The notes below the pieces were generated by a model. The model was given only the letters and a program-made list of their open reading frames with translations, searched no databases and was not told the DNA's origin. From Camelus dromedarius (taxonomy: Eukaryota), in contig NC_087460.1 in assembly GCF_036321535.1 (NCBI RefSeq), positions 2,356,001 to 2,420,000 of the forward strand: a DNA stretch of 64,000 nucleotides, read 5' to 3'. Positions 11,311 to 24,925 of this stretch are shown piece after piece. The translations under genes were made by a program, and so were the position numbers. How positions within the stretch are numbered: position 1 is the stretch's first letter; the number at the start of each line of letters is the position of its first letter.

Positions 11311-11589
11311 ACCCTCCCAGTCTCCCGGGTTGCCCCACTGTGTCCACCTGGGGTGCTCTTCAGCCCCAGGCTTGGGGTACAGGCCAATACTAGGTTCAAA
11401 ACAGAGAAGGGCAGCCTCACATCTTCTCCCTCAACAGGAGGGCCTCCCCCTTTCTGGGCCTCAGCCTTTCAGTGTCCTTAGCTCATTTATTCTGGGTTCT
11501 GGATTCCAGGGGGCCAGAGCAGCTCTGAATCTCCCCACAAGTAGGGCCCAAGCTTCCCCCTCTCCTTTATGTAAGGCTCCTGGAGTCCT

Positions 11590-11885
11590 GGTGCTTAAAA
11601 AATATGAAAATTCAAACATACAGATTACAGTTACCAAAGGGGAAAGCGTTGGGGAGGGATAAATTATGAGTTTAGGATTAGCAGATAGAAACTACTATGT
11701 ACAGAATAGATAAACAACAAGGTCCTGCTGTAGAGCACAGGGAACTATATTCAGTATCTTGTAAGAACCTGTAATGGAAAAGAATCTGAAAAAGAATATA
11801 TATGTATGTGTATAACTGAATCACTCTGCTGTACATCAGAAACTGACACAACATTGTAAATCAACTCTACTTCAGTAAGAAAGAA
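11590..11885 (+). mobile_element. L1 3' end (artiodactyl-type)
   Basis: ...ataaacaacaaggtcctgctgtagagcacagggaactatattcagtatcttgt...tgtaaatcaactctacttcag, a typical laurasiatherian L1 3'UTR. Confidence 0.8.
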
Positions 11886-12379
11886 AGTGGAGGAGGGAGG
11901 GAGGGAGGAAGGAGGGAAGGGAGGGAGGGAGGAAGGGAGAGACCAGTCCTGCCAACACCTTGATCTTGGACGTCTAATTCTAGATGTTGGACTGTCTAGG
12001 GTAAAGGGCATTGTGTCCTGCTGTGGAGAGAACAGAGCAACTCGTCCACCCCAGGACAGAACCCTTTTCCTTGCTCCCTTGGGCGGTGCTCTTCCTGCCA
12101 GGGGAAACAAGTCATCAAACCCTGCATCTGACAGATGGGGGATCAGGGTTCCCTCTACTGAAAGGGAGCACAGAGCACTGCTGGGTGGGTTCTAGGAATT
12201 GCCGGGGAGGGCAACAGGGAAGGCTGGGAGGCATCCAGAAGGTAAGGCTCTCCTGACCTTCACCCTCATAGGTCCTCAGGCCTTCTAGAGAACTTTCTGC
12301 CTTTAGGTAAAACCAGGCCACACCTTGGATCTGCCATTGGGTGTTGACAGTCTTTAGCAATTTCAGGCTCAGGCTGAGG

Positions 12380-12692
12380 GCTACAGTAGCCACTGGCCAC
12401 AAGTGCTGACTGAGCACCGCAGACGTGGCAGGTTTGAACTGAGACATGCTGTAAGTGTGAAATACACACTTGATTGTGAAAATAATCCCAAAAAACAGTT
12501 TGAACTATCTCATTCATTATTTTTATGTTGATTACAGTATTTTAATATTTATAATATTTTGGATCTGTTGGGTTAAATAAATCATGTTATAAAAATTAAC
12601 ATCACCTGGTTCTTTTTGCCTTTTTAATATGGCAACTAAAACTTTTGAAGTTACATGTATGGCTCCATTATATTTCTGTTGGATTGCACTGA
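12380..12692 (-). mobile_element. MER33 (hAT-Charlie) DNA transposon
   Basis: gtagccactggccacaagtg...atgctgtaagtgtgaaatacac...ggttaaataaa...tatttctgttgga resembles reverse MER33. Confidence 0.75.
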
Positions 12693-13509
12693 TCTAAATA
12701 GATTCATAGCTTGTTCCCTGGGACCTGGCATAATCGACTCCAGCCTCTCTTCACTTTATCAGGAAGTTCTTCCTGATATCTAACCTAAATCCCTGTAGCT
12801 GTATTCAGAATCCCTGCCCTCTTGTCCAATTCTCAGTAGAGATGGAAGTGAATACGGTCCCACCTTCCTAGGGATAACCTTTCATGCCTTTAAATATCTT
12901 TACACGTTTCCAGAAGAAAGAGGCTGAACAGTGCCGTTCTCATCGCTGATGTCAGGGATCGGGTGGAGGGTTCATTTGGCACTGGGAAATCGTCTGGTCA
13001 AAGGCCCTGCCACATAAGGACATTCCCAGAATATTCTTCAGAGTGGGCTATTCAGAGCTAAACAAACAGCTCCCCTGAGCCTGTGGAGGGTGAGGGCAGC
13101 CAGCGCTATTTCAGGCTTTCTCCTCTGGCCCCGTCAGATCTGCTGAAGACAGGAATGAAGCTGTTTTCCAGAATTCTCCTGTCCAGCAAGGCTCCCAGAA
13201 GGCCTGTGCCAGTCTTGAAATGTATCACACTACCTCGGCCCTCAAAAGGCTAGATCTTCTAAAGACCACCAGGCTGGGGCCACCCTCTACATTTGATTTT
13301 CTTCTATTTCATGGACAACAAGACCAAGGCACAGACAGGTGGAGTGTTTGCCTCTGTGGATGAAAGCAGGCTGAGCACAGGATATCGGCCTCAGACAGGC
13401 CCAGTCAGGCGCTCCAGCTCCATCACCTGCTGGCTGGGTGACTGCGTGAGGTGTTGGACCTTTGGAATCCACTTCCTCACCCGTAAAACTGAAACAATGT
13501 GCAATCTGG

Positions 13510-13670
13510 TGGGAGGGTCCGGGGGTAGAGTTCATGCTTAGCATGCACGAGGTCCTGGGTTCAAGTCCCAGTACCCCCATTAAATAAATAAATACATAAA
13601 TTGACATAATTACCTCCCTCCCTGCTAAAAAAATTCCAAAAAAAAAAAAAACCTTAAAAAAAAAAAAAGG
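13510..13670 (+). mobile_element. tRNA-derived SINE (camelid-type)
   Basis: ggtagagttcatgcttagcatgcacgaggtcctgggttcaagtcccagtacc plus (TAAA)n and poly-A. Confidence 0.9.
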
Positions 13671-15019
13671 AAGAAGCCACCGACTGTTGTCCAGGAAGCC
13701 TGTGGTGCTGACTAGGGTCAGTGGTCAGTGGCCGCCCAGTGGAAGCCATACTGGGCTTAGGGAAGCCACACTTCAGAGCTCCCACCTGGAATGTGAGCAG
13801 CGCCAGGAGGCAGCAGCTTCGTCTTACAGGCGGGCCTTTGGGAGGCCCTGCCCCAGGACCTGCAGCGAATGTGTCGGCTTGAGACGAACATGAGCTGGGC
13901 AGTTCTGGGAATAGTCGCAGAAATCACTACATGTAATGGGCAATGGGCAATGGCAGCTATTTCTATTGGGTGAGGAGGTGTATGTGGCTGAGGGGACGGC
14001 ACGACCAGGGGAGGCTCAGAGGTGGAAGAGAAGCAGGAAGGCCAAGGGCTCGAGCAAGTGGGTCAGCGGGGAGTGGAAACCAGAGGCCAGCAGGGCCCGG
14101 GGAGGGCAGAGGTGAATCCGGGCGGCCTGGGCCCCAGGGAGGGACCTGGGCAGAGGATCGTGGCTCTGACTCAGGGAGCAGTGGTAAGGCCCGGCAATTA
14201 GAGGGGACCACCCTGCAGACAGCCAGATGAGATGCATGACTGGCTGGCCCTGCACCTCCCCTAGGGGCTTCCAGACCCCGGCTTACAGCCTCACCAGCCC
14301 CTGCCCTTCCTCAGGCCCCAGCCGCTCAGGAACCTAACCTGGCCTCAGCCACCGACGGGTGAGACCAAGCCTGCTGAGGTAGAGGGAGGTTAAGGAGGGG
14401 AGGGGAGGACCCAGAAGCAACCCTCAAGCCTCTGTGCTGGGATCCGGGAGGCTGGCCTGGGTGGGCAAGGCGGGCGTCTGTGCTTGCCTCTCTGCCCTCC
14501 CAGATCCAGGCCAGAGAGTGGGAGGATTTCTCTGAAGATTCCAATGACCTCCTCCCTCCCACCCCCCAACCCCAAACTTCATATTAACCCTCTTAGTATC
14601 CCCTGGGCTTCTCTTGGCGCGCGTGATGAGACCCAGGCATGACGGGCGGGATGACAGCACATGCCCTGGAGTCCTGGCTGCACCAGGATGGCAGAGACGG
14701 CCTGGCTCCGTGGCCTGGAGCAGATCACCACTCCAGGGGGCTCAGTCACCATTCAAACACTGGCTTCCCAGCGGCCTGCCCCGCTCTGCCCTGCTGGGAC
14801 CCGAGGAAAGGACCCCCTCCTTCCCACTGTCATCCCCAACCCAGCGTGGGGAGAATGGGCGTGTTCCAGCGTCACCCCCAGCCGGAGCTTTCGGGAGACT
14901 CTCCTGCACCCCTCCGCTCCGGGCCTCCCCACCGGCCCCCAAGCCGTGGGGAGAAGGACCGTAGCACAGAATTGTAGATTCGGGACTAGAAGGAACTTTG
15001 GAAACTCTCTATACATACC

Positions 15020-15290
15020 CTATTTACTCTACTTTTAATTGAGATGCAATTCACATGAAACTGACCTCCAGTAAAGTGTACAATCCAGTGGTGTTTTGTT
15101 GTGCGACCACCAGGTCTATCTAGTTCTAGACTATTCGCGTCACCGCAAGAGAAAACCCAGCGCCATGAGGCAGCCAGTGCCGACGATGCCCCCAGCACCT
15201 GGCCACCACTGACTCACCAGTTCACCTTCTGTCTCCACGGATTCGCCTGCTCTGGATGAGTCACAGAAACGGATCACACGATTCGCAGCT
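15020..15290 (-). mobile_element. Old L1M 3' fragment
   Basis: tttaattgagatgcaattcacatgaaa...aaagtgtacaatccagtgg... Confidence 0.6.
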
Positions 15291-16466
15291 TTTTGTGTCC
15301 CGTGTCTTCCACTAGAAGTGTATTCCTTTTTCCCGTGGGTGAAGATGGACAGCTGCGTTTAGGGCGGGCCTACCCTGGGCCGGGCACTTTGCAGCTACTT
15401 CACCTGCTTCTTTCATTTATTCCTCTTCTTTATGCCCCAGGGGCTCCCACGGTGCAGATGAGGACAGGGAAGGACGACCTTCCCATGGGGCACAACTAAT
15501 TCGCAGTTAAACCAGGACTGGAACCTGGTGGTGGTGAGTCCCAGGTGATTCTTGCAGGGCTTGAGAAAGCGGGCAAAGAAGGCAATGGGCCAAGGCCAGG
15601 AGAAGCCCAGCAGTGGCTGTGATGGGGCGGGGGAGGGGAGGCGGGCCCCGGCCACTGCTCCCTCTCTGGACACGCCCCACTGCCCCTCCCCTGGACTCTC
15701 CACCCCAGCTGGACAGCACCCTTCTGACCCCTGAGGCTTGCCTGCCTCCATCTGAGGCCACGTGTCTCTGGTCCCTCTGCCACCAAGGCTGAGGCCTCTG
15801 GGGTCATCAGTCGCACAGGGCCCATGCCCCAAGATGATGCTGTGACTTTTACCTTGAGTCCCACTTTGTTCTCCTGTCCCCTCCACCGAGGCCTAGTGGC
15901 CTCTCTCAGACCTGATGCCCCATCCTCTAGCACAGCCTGGGCCTGAACTCTGCTCCCCCAAGCCCCATTGGGGTTGCTTCTGGTCTTTGTCTGGACATCA
16001 AATGGCCCAGAGAGGGGTGGAATAGAGGTTATTTTTGCCTAAAAAGCTTCCTGTGTTCTGAGCATCTCAGTCTTGCTCCAAATGGGTTACGAGAGCAGAG
16101 GTGACTTTGTCTTGACCACGTTTCTTCCAGCGCCTCCCCCACCCCAACCCTGCACCCCTTCTCCCTCCCCACACCTCGTCTGTCCCTGGGAGCTGGATCC
16201 CCATGCCCTCCCTGCTGAACCCACCACTCTTAGTCCTCCCGCCTGCCATGAGAGGGTCCTCCAAGGAAGACAGAACAACTGAGGCTTTCAGCAGCGTCTC
16301 TGGGAGCCTGGGGTACACATGAAGTTGGGGGCATGGTGGACAGGCTCTGTTCCCCAGAAGGCAGAGTCCTGCAGCCCGCAGAGGCTTCCTGCTGGAGGTG
16401 CATCGGGGAGAACACTGGAGCCCAGGGGTCGTGCCCGCTGCAGCCCTCCATCGGCTGGAGGCTCTC

Positions 16467-16943
<477 letters not shown>

Positions 16944-17289
16944 TTAGGCTGGTGAGACTGTTGTTTGGCTTTTGGACCGTCCTTTGGACATGTGGTCTGT
17001 AAGGGAATCCCCCAGATTCTAGCTGTCCCCCAAGCCCCACCTCCTCCACCAACACGGCGCTCCTTCTCCCCACAGTGAACGCAATGAACCCAGACCTCTT
17101 CCCGCTCTGAACTGCCGCCTTCTGACTGGTTGACAGTTCCCCTTTCTGCAGACCGTCAGTATTTAGTTAAACAGTGGGACGTTCGCTTTTTACAGAACAG
17201 AGGTGAACAGTGGCAAATTCTCTGTGATTCAGTGGCTTTGCCCTGGCTCAGCAGATCTCCACTCCAGGTGCTGACTTTGGTTTCCATCA

Positions 17290-17455
17290 GAGGTTCTCAG
17301 GCGTGGCTGCACTTTAGAATCATCCAGAGGGGCTTTTTACAAACACCAGTGCCCGGCTGCCCCCCAGGCAAGGTAAGTCAGACTCTCCTGGGTGGAGCTC
17401 AAATGTCAACATTTTTATAAAGAGGCCTGGGTGATTCTAATGTCCCCCCAGAGTG
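17290..17455 (+). mobile_element. MER5A-like hAT-Charlie remnant
   Basis: ggttctcag...tagaatcatccagagggctttttacaaacac...ctgggtgattctaatg. Confidence 0.6.
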
Positions 17456-18144
17456 GGGAGCGGCGGGGTTTGCTTATACAGCTTCTATTTCCCCGAAGGA
17501 CCATGAGCATCTTGAAGCCTCAGCCTCGTCTGGTCCTCCGGGTCTCTTGCTCAGAACGCGCATCTCACTGATGGGGGTGGGTTTCTTCTAAGCCCTGAGA
17601 GCTGCTCTGAAGGGGCAGCGGGGCGGGGTGGGCCTCTTCTTGCACTCTTCCTTGCTCCCACCTGGTTAACTTAACACACCCTTCAAGGGCCAGCTCAAAG
17701 CCTGCCTCCTCCGTCCACAGCAGAACCATGTCTGAGACTCATTCCTTCCTCTCCACTCCCAGGCGGGGCTGCAGCTGCAACCAGGGAGACGGGGTCCTTC
17801 TCTCACGGGGACGATATACTGAGCCCCTTCTCCGTGTAGGCACCATGCCTTTGGTCTCCCGACAACCTTGCAGGGTACCAGGTGCATCTCCAAGACACAC
17901 CTGAGGAGAGTGAGGCCCAAGGGATCTGAGGCTGCGGTCGTGCAGCACATGGGAGCTGGTACAGATCCCCGCCGAGATCTGCTCGACTCCAGGGCCAGGC
18001 TGCCTCCACCATCACACACTGACTGTGCGCCAAGCAGGCTGCCAAGCTCTTTTTGTGGATCGTGACTGTGTTTCTCTCCTCCTGCCTTTATATTAGCAGT
18101 GGCTGTGCACTTGTCTGATTCCCTAGTCGGACAGGAGGGGACAG

Positions 18145-18280
18145 GGAGCATGGTGGTCAAGAATGCAGGCCTGGAGCTGTGCTCCCTGTGTTCGAATCCC
18201 AGCCCTGCCACTTACTGGCTGTGCAAACTTGGGCAAGATACTTGACCTCTCTGTGTTTCAGATGCCCCATCTCAAACAGC
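18145..18280. mobile_element. MIR SINE remnant
   Basis: gttcgaatcccagccctgccacttactggctgtgcaaacttgggcaagatacttgacctctctgtg. Confidence 0.75.
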
Positions 18281-19055
18281 CTCTTCACGCTCCTGCTTCT
18301 GCTCACACTGGCCAGTCCTCCAGCCTCTCCTGTCGGCCTTTCTGAAGCCTTCCCTCCTTCCCAGCCTTCATGTGATCTCTTCACGATGGCCTCCGGGGGG
18401 AAGCTCCAGCCTATGCCTACCCCTCCCTCTTCTGAATTTCTGTGATAATGTCTGCTTCTTGTGCAGGGATTTCATGGGTCCATTCACCCTGCTTTACGTT
18501 CACACACTGAGGCAGGCACGACATCTCCCCTCCCCTTCTATCAAGCATGGAACTGAGTCTGAAAAAACTAAGCAATTGGTCAAAGGGACACAGCCTGGAC
18601 TTTAATCCAAGCCCCTGCCTCCAGCTCTCGGCTCCTTCTGTCAATAACTGACATCCTTATGACACCCACTGTCCGTCCCACACTCTGGGCACTGAGCATG
18701 CGTGGGCTTGTGTTGGTAGCTGTCTTTTCACGCGTGTCTAGGTGTCTGCCTTTTGCCAGCTCCTGGCGGGCAAGGACTGAATACACTTCTCTGTATCCCT
18801 GGAGCCTAGCAGGTGTTTTAAGTACACAGTTGTATCCCCTAGATTTTAGCTAAAAAATCAAGCCTTTTTCCCTTGGAGGTCCTTCCCTGGCCTCCACGCC
18901 TTCTCTCATCTCCATCCAGACAGAGTTTAATTTTCAAATGACCAGAGGAGGGCAGGTTAGAGGGCCAGCTGGACATCAGAAAGAGCAATCAGAGAGAGTG
19001 AAGGGTGCCTGGGTGGGAGGGTGGGGTGGGCTCCCCGAGAAAGAAGCTCCTCTTA

Positions 19056-19950
<895 letters not shown>

Positions 19951-20641
19951 CAGCCGGCCGAGGGTAGAAGGGAAATCTTTCTCCAGAGAACGGGGCCGGC
20001 GCTTTTCTGTCCCAGGGACCCTATAACTTGCTTTTCTGGCCTGAGTGCATCTCCCCCATCACTGTCTCGTTAAGATACGAGCAAGTGCAGAAAGCTCCTG
20101 GGATGGAATGTCGGCTCCTTCCATTTCTGGCGCCCCCTCCCCGTGAAATAAACAGTGGAAAATGTGTATTTGACATTTCGCCAAATATTTATCCACATCT
20201 CATTTAACCCTCACAACCTGCGTGCAAGCATGGTTGTTGCTCCAACTCAAAGACGCAGAAGGCAAGAGGGCGGATGAATCTCCCGCGGTGCGCGGTGCTG
20301 CGTGCGGAAGCAGCAGGCCTGGGACCAGCCATGTGCACGTCTAAACCTCTCTCCCCTGTTCCTAGGACTTTTCTGACGCCCCCAAACTCACCTGTTTCTT
20401 GAGCCCCATCCCCTGTCAGTTCTAAACGAGCACTCTGGGGGCAGGTCTGGGAGATGTTAACCAGATGTCATCTCTCCTCTGTCCTGAGCTCCGTGTCACA
20501 AGATTCCAGGACCAAGAGAGGAAGACGGCAGACGGTTCCCGGGCCGGGGCGCTGCAGCCCAGGGGAAAGCATGGCCCACCTGGAGCGGGGGCAGCCCCTC
20601 ACCCAGCGGGGTGCAGAGATGCAGCCCTGGCCCCTCCCTAC

Positions 20642-20713
20642 CTTCAGAAAAGGTTCCCTGACGCGGGATGGGTTACTCTGCCCTGAGGGTGACCTCTGCA
20701 CGTTGCTGGCCAT
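20642..20713 (-). CDS. TEX52: TEX52 (testis expressed 52) exon 1 coding part
   Basis: MASNVQRSPSGQSNPSRVREPFLK|gtaggg, matching recalled human [24 protein letters not shown]; total 303 aa. Confidence 0.9.
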
Positions 20714-20786
20714 TCTTCTGAGTCTGAAAACCAGGAGGGGCAGCTCTGGAGAGAAGTCCTTCTTGGCAGCATTGTTTGCCTCTGCG

Positions 20787-20820
20787 GTTGCCACGGTGAC
20801 ACTTCCTGGGTGGTGACGCA
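20787..20820. promoter_or_regulatory. TEX52 proximal promoter: RFX X-box, ETS core, CRE-like site
   Basis: GTTGCCACGGTGAC 20787-20800; ACTTCCTG 20801-20808; TGACGCA 20814-20820. Confidence 0.6.
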
Positions 20821-21383
20821 GGGAGGAGGTCCTTACCTCTCCCTGGGAGGTCTTTTCAGCGCCTTGGGCCCAGATGCGTCTCGTCTCCGGTGAGGGAGGC
20901 AGGGGATAGGACTCGGAAGGGACTTGCCTAGGAAGGCAGGGGAGGGGAAAGCAGGGCAGGCTGGCTTCTGGGCCTTGGGTGGGGTTGGAGGTGGTCAGGA
21001 GGCATCTGTAACTGGGCCCATCCTTCTGAGGTTGGGGGGTGCCCCTGCGTAGGCCTTTCTCTTACTGGGGAACTCTGAAAGGCCTACATTAGCCAGCAGG
21101 TTCAGAGATTCCCAAAAGAGGCCGGCTGTGCAGGACCAGCACTGGGAAACTGCGGACTGCTGTGTGTGGAGCCGGGGGTGGGGTGGGGGAGTGGGTTTGG
21201 GATTAGGGTAGGGGAGCGGACTGAAGCCCTTCGTGCCCTCTTCCAGGGCTCCGTGTGGGCATCAGGCTGTGCCTCTTCCCCGTCACCACCATCTTCATCG
21301 TCACGCACTTTCCCTTCCACCCCCTCCTCACGCCGCAGGGACCGGACAGCAGCATGCTGCAGACCAGCATCTCCACCCTGGGT

Positions 21384-21389
21384 TTTATT
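21384..21389 (-). terminator. FOXM1 polyadenylation signal (AATAAA)
   Basis: TTTATT on + strand, about 960 nt past the stop codon, similar to the human 3'UTR length. Confidence 0.8.
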
Positions 21390-22350
21390 GAGTAGCTGGT
21401 GGCAGTAGTGTTCTGGAGCTGCTTCCCTGACACGCAGTCAGCTGGGGCCCGGCCTGGCTCTGCGCAGAGCTGAGTTGTGAAAGCTAAGGAAGGCAGGCGG
21501 GGCTGCCCTCCCGCCTCTTGGAGCCTCGGGCCAAGCTCTCTACGTCTCTCTGGCATGATTAGGACCCTGATCCACGAAACGGCTCTCGGACATGCCAGGG
21601 CACTCACTCTGCTCCACCGTCCTCCATTCCCCCCACCCCCATTCGGCTCTTGACCCATCTCGAGGGACATGTTTTACCAGGAATTCTTCCTGCAGGAGAG
21701 CTGAATTGGAAACCCAGGGTGGCGGGAGGGAGGGGTGGTAGGAGGTACCCTGGTGAGCAGAGCCACTCACTCTGGGCACCTACAGTGAGGAACCCGTGGG
21801 GGAGGTACCTGGGCCTTGAAGAAACCGTGCACCCCAGGCCCTCCCTCCCCCAGGAACCACAAGCAAGGAAGAGAAGCAAACAGACCCTTGTCATCCTAGC
21901 CACCTCCTGGCAGTCTCTGGATAACAATCTAAGGAGACAGGCGGACGTTTATAATTAGAGGATAATTCAGAACATATACACTATTTACAAGGGCGGCCCT
22001 GCACAGAGCAGGGAAGGTGGGAGGCTGCCGGGCACAGGTGCAAAGTCTAGGGGGCTCCTCCTCTCTCTTCACCCTTGTTTTTGCTGTTCTCAGCCTCAGC
22101 TCCGAGCAGGGAGTGAGGAGTCGGATTCTCTTGGGGTCTGCGGGTGGCGCAGAGACCAGTCACCGGGACCTTGCTGCTGGCAGAAGGCCCAGTGGCGATT
22201 CCGGCGTGACACCTGCCTTGGTGTTGCTGGGTAAGGTGGGGCTGGAGGGGCGGCCGCTCCCTGCCTGCTGTCCTCACCAGAAGGCTAGAGGGGTCAGCCA
22301 CGTGCGCGCCGGGAGTGGACAGCTGGAGCGGTGAGGGGTAGGCCCTGTCT

Positions 22351-23355
22351 CTACCGCAGCTCGGGGATGAACTGAGCCCAGCTGATGCCGTCAGGGCCCA
22401 GCGGGTCCTCGTCCAGGCCGGGGAAGCTGATGTCCAGCAGGATCTTGCTGAGGCTGTCATTCATCGTGTCCAGCACCAGGCCTTCTGTCAGAGACCGGTT
22501 GGCAGAGAGGCTGGCGACCTGCGGCTCAGTGGAGCTGAGCTTGGGGACTTCCATCTCTGAGGGGGAACAGCTGCTGAAGGGGTCAGAGGTAAGGTCAAAG
22601 GGCTCGGAATTGAGGAGCTCTTGGGGCGAGTCAAAGAGGGGGACGCTTTTCAGCGGGGTGGTGGTGAGATCTGTCAGCTCCAGGGAGTCAGGCAGGGGGC
22701 CAAAGGCACCCTGGGGGGTTCGAACTGGGCTGAAATCGAGCCCCCCCACTTTGGCTGGGGGTGTGAGCACCCAGGACTCAGGGGTCGTGGGGAGGACAGA
22801 TTTGCTCGGGGTGGAGGAGATGGGCAGCGTCTCCTTAACGGGTGTCTTAAAAGGTCCTCTCTCCTCCTGGGAGCAGCCAAGCTGGGGGCCAGGCTGCGAG
22901 GGCTCCAGGGGGGCAGCGAGGTCCGCAGCTTGTCGGGAAGCCCCAGGGCCCTCGGAGAAGAGCAGCTCCGGCTCGTCCAGACAGGGCGGCCGCAAGTGCT
23001 GTTTCCTTCGAGACCGGCTCATCTCCCGCCTCTCCCGCCGTTTAATCACGAGCATGTCGGAGACGCAGCGGGCTGGCGACCGGAGCCCACTGTAGGGCTT
23101 CTTGGGCCTGGGGGTGGGGGAGTGGGGCGATTCCTCCTTGACAGACGGGCAAGGCGAGGGCCACTCTTCCAAGGGCGGGCTCTCGACTTTGATGGGCCTC
23201 CCTAAGTGTGGTGCTTCCTCCCCAGGCTGGATTTCTTCCTCCTTGATGGGCTGGACCGGAAGCAGAGGAGACAGCACCTCTCTGAGCGGGAGTTTCTCCT
23301 CTTTCACTGGTCCTGCAGCGGGCAGGGGGGCCGCCCCGTCGTCCGCCCCCAGCAC
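22351..23355 (-). CDS. FOXM1: FOXM1 last coding exon (transactivation domain)
   Basis: ctttcag|GTG; VLGADDGAAP...KETLPISSTPSKS...LVLDTMNDSLSKILLDISFPGLDEDPLGPDGISWAQFIPELR-stop(TAG). Confidence 0.98.
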   Translation of the reverse strand: MLGADDGAAPLPAAGPVKEEKLPLREVLSPLLPVQPIKEEEIQPGEEAPHLGRPIKVESPPLEEWPSPCPSVKEESPHSPTPRPKKPYSGLRSPARCVSDMLVIKRRERREMSRSRRKQHLRPPCLDEPELLFSEGPGASRQAADLAAPLEPSQPGPQLGCSQEERGPFKTPVKETLPISSTPSKSVLPTTPESWVLTPPAKVGGLDFSPVRTPQGAFGPLPDSLELTDLTTTPLKSVPLFDSPQELLNSEPFDLTSDPFSSCSPSEMEVPKLSSTEPQVASLSANRSLTEGLVLDTMNDSLSKILLDISFPGLDEDPLGPDGISWAQFIPELR

Positions 23356-23999
23356 CTGAAAGGGGGGCAGGAGGAGGTGAAGGCGGGGCGCCGAGATTCA
23401 GTCAGACCGCCGCTAAAATGAGTGACGTGCTGGTGCTGATCCCCTTCTGTCTTTTTAAAAAGTCTCAAAAACAATTAAATATGAGACTATATGATGAAGG
23501 TGGTAATTCAATTCCAGGAGTAAAAGACAGAGCATTTAACATGGTTAGTATCCACCTGAGGGAAAACGAAGCGGGAGGCCTGTTCCATACCGTATACAAA
23601 GGTCATAGCAGAGAACCCAAAACCGCACGAATCCTAAAAGGGAACCTAGGAGACTGCGTGCACAGTCTGAGGGTGGGGGCTGACCTGCTTTACCAAGACT
23701 GGAAACCCAGAAGCTGCAGAAGAGAAGAGACACATATCTGACCACGTAAAAATTTAAACTCTCCCCGTGGCAAGGGATACCATAAACATTGTTAAGAAAC
23801 AAACGATAGAAGTAAAAAGTATCTTCAGCCTAAAAGACAGGTTAATATTTGAATAACAAAGGACTCTCACAAAAGAACAGAAGCCTGTAAAAGAGAGGCC
23901 ACGCCCACAAACCAGCATCTCATGGTGAGCAAGTCCAAGGACCAGACTCCGTGGGAAGGCACTCACCTGCCAACAAGCAAAGAAAGACAAAGGAAACAA

Positions 24000-24925
24000 G
24001 GAGACACCCCTCATACCGTAGGTGGGCAAATATTTAAAAGGCTGCTAATATCAACTGCTGGCAGACATAGGTCTTGCTGGTGGATATGTGAATTATCACA
24101 GACTTTTTTGGGAACCCATCTTGCAATATTTAATAAAATTTAAAATGCCTGTCCACTCAGCAATCTCATGTCTGGTTTTCTGTCCTATAGAAGTAAAAGT
24201 GCTAGGAAGAAAAATACATGCAAAGATATTCATTGCAGTTTTGATCACAGGGCATAAAAACTAGAAGCAAAATGTGCCCATAGAAGCAAAACGATTGGAA
24301 AATTTTTGGCAGAGCCACACCATGGAATCTTACATGGCCATTAAAAAACAATGAATCTAGAGTGATGCCAAGGTGACTTAGAAGAATTCCCACGGGACAG
24401 TGAGTGTGTGTAACATGTTCCCATTTTCAACCTTCTGTGTGATGTGTGTGTGTGCATAAAATGGCTGTGGGCAGGGAGGGTGCAGCTCAGTGGTAGAGCG
24501 TGTGCTTGGCATGCATGAGGTCCTGGGTTCAATCCCCAGTCCCTCCATCAAATAAATAAATAAATAAGTAAATAAACCTGAATACCTCCCTGCAAAGAAA
24601 CAAACAAAAGACTTAAAAAATTTTTTTTAAAAATGGCTGTGGGGATTTGTGTGTGCAGCTTACACTAAAAGCATGGGCAAATCCTGGAAAAAAGCATGCT
24701 AAGTTGTCGACGTGGGTTGTCACAGGGAGCAGAGGTGACGTGGGGGGGAGGGGAGGGAAGGGGAGGGGATCCAAAAAGAAGAAAAGGGGAAAAAAAGATT
24801 GCATTGAAGCAGAAACAGTTTACATGACACCATCACATTAATGCATTTATGTGAAATCGCATATAGTGGTATGTACACCTTTATGTATCTTAAAACTTTT
24901 TTTTAACAAAAATTTAAAAAAGAAA
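24000..24925 (+). mobile_element. Old L1M fragments in FOXM1 last intron, interrupted by a SINE
   Basis: aaatacatgcaaagatattcattgcag...catggaatcttacatggccattaaaaaacaatg resembles L1 ORF2/3' remnants; boundaries approximate. Confidence 0.55.
24472..24629 (+). mobile_element. tRNA-derived SINE with 14-bp target-site duplication
   Basis: agggagggtgcagctcagtggtagagcg...ggttcaatccccag (A/B-box-like); TSD AAAATGGCTGTGGG at 24458-24471 and 24630-24643. Confidence 0.93.

Noticed and set aside
10841-11347. ORFs spanning N runs (also at 49477-50079 and 50842-51138)
   Set aside because: Artefacts of translating assembly gaps.
15416-15421. AATAAA on the minus strand as TEX52 poly(A) signal
   Set aside because: About 1 kb from the stop and in or near repeat-derived sequence; cannot be assigned without 3'-end data.
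22385-23205. 236-aa and 194-aa + strand ORFs antisense to the FOXM1 last exon
   Set aside because: Shadow ORFs of a GC-rich coding exon; no independent evidence.
24472-24545. tRNA-like sequence with A/B boxes (and five similar copies)
   Set aside because: Followed by SINE body, A-rich tail and TSDs; these are retroposed SINEs, not tRNA genes.
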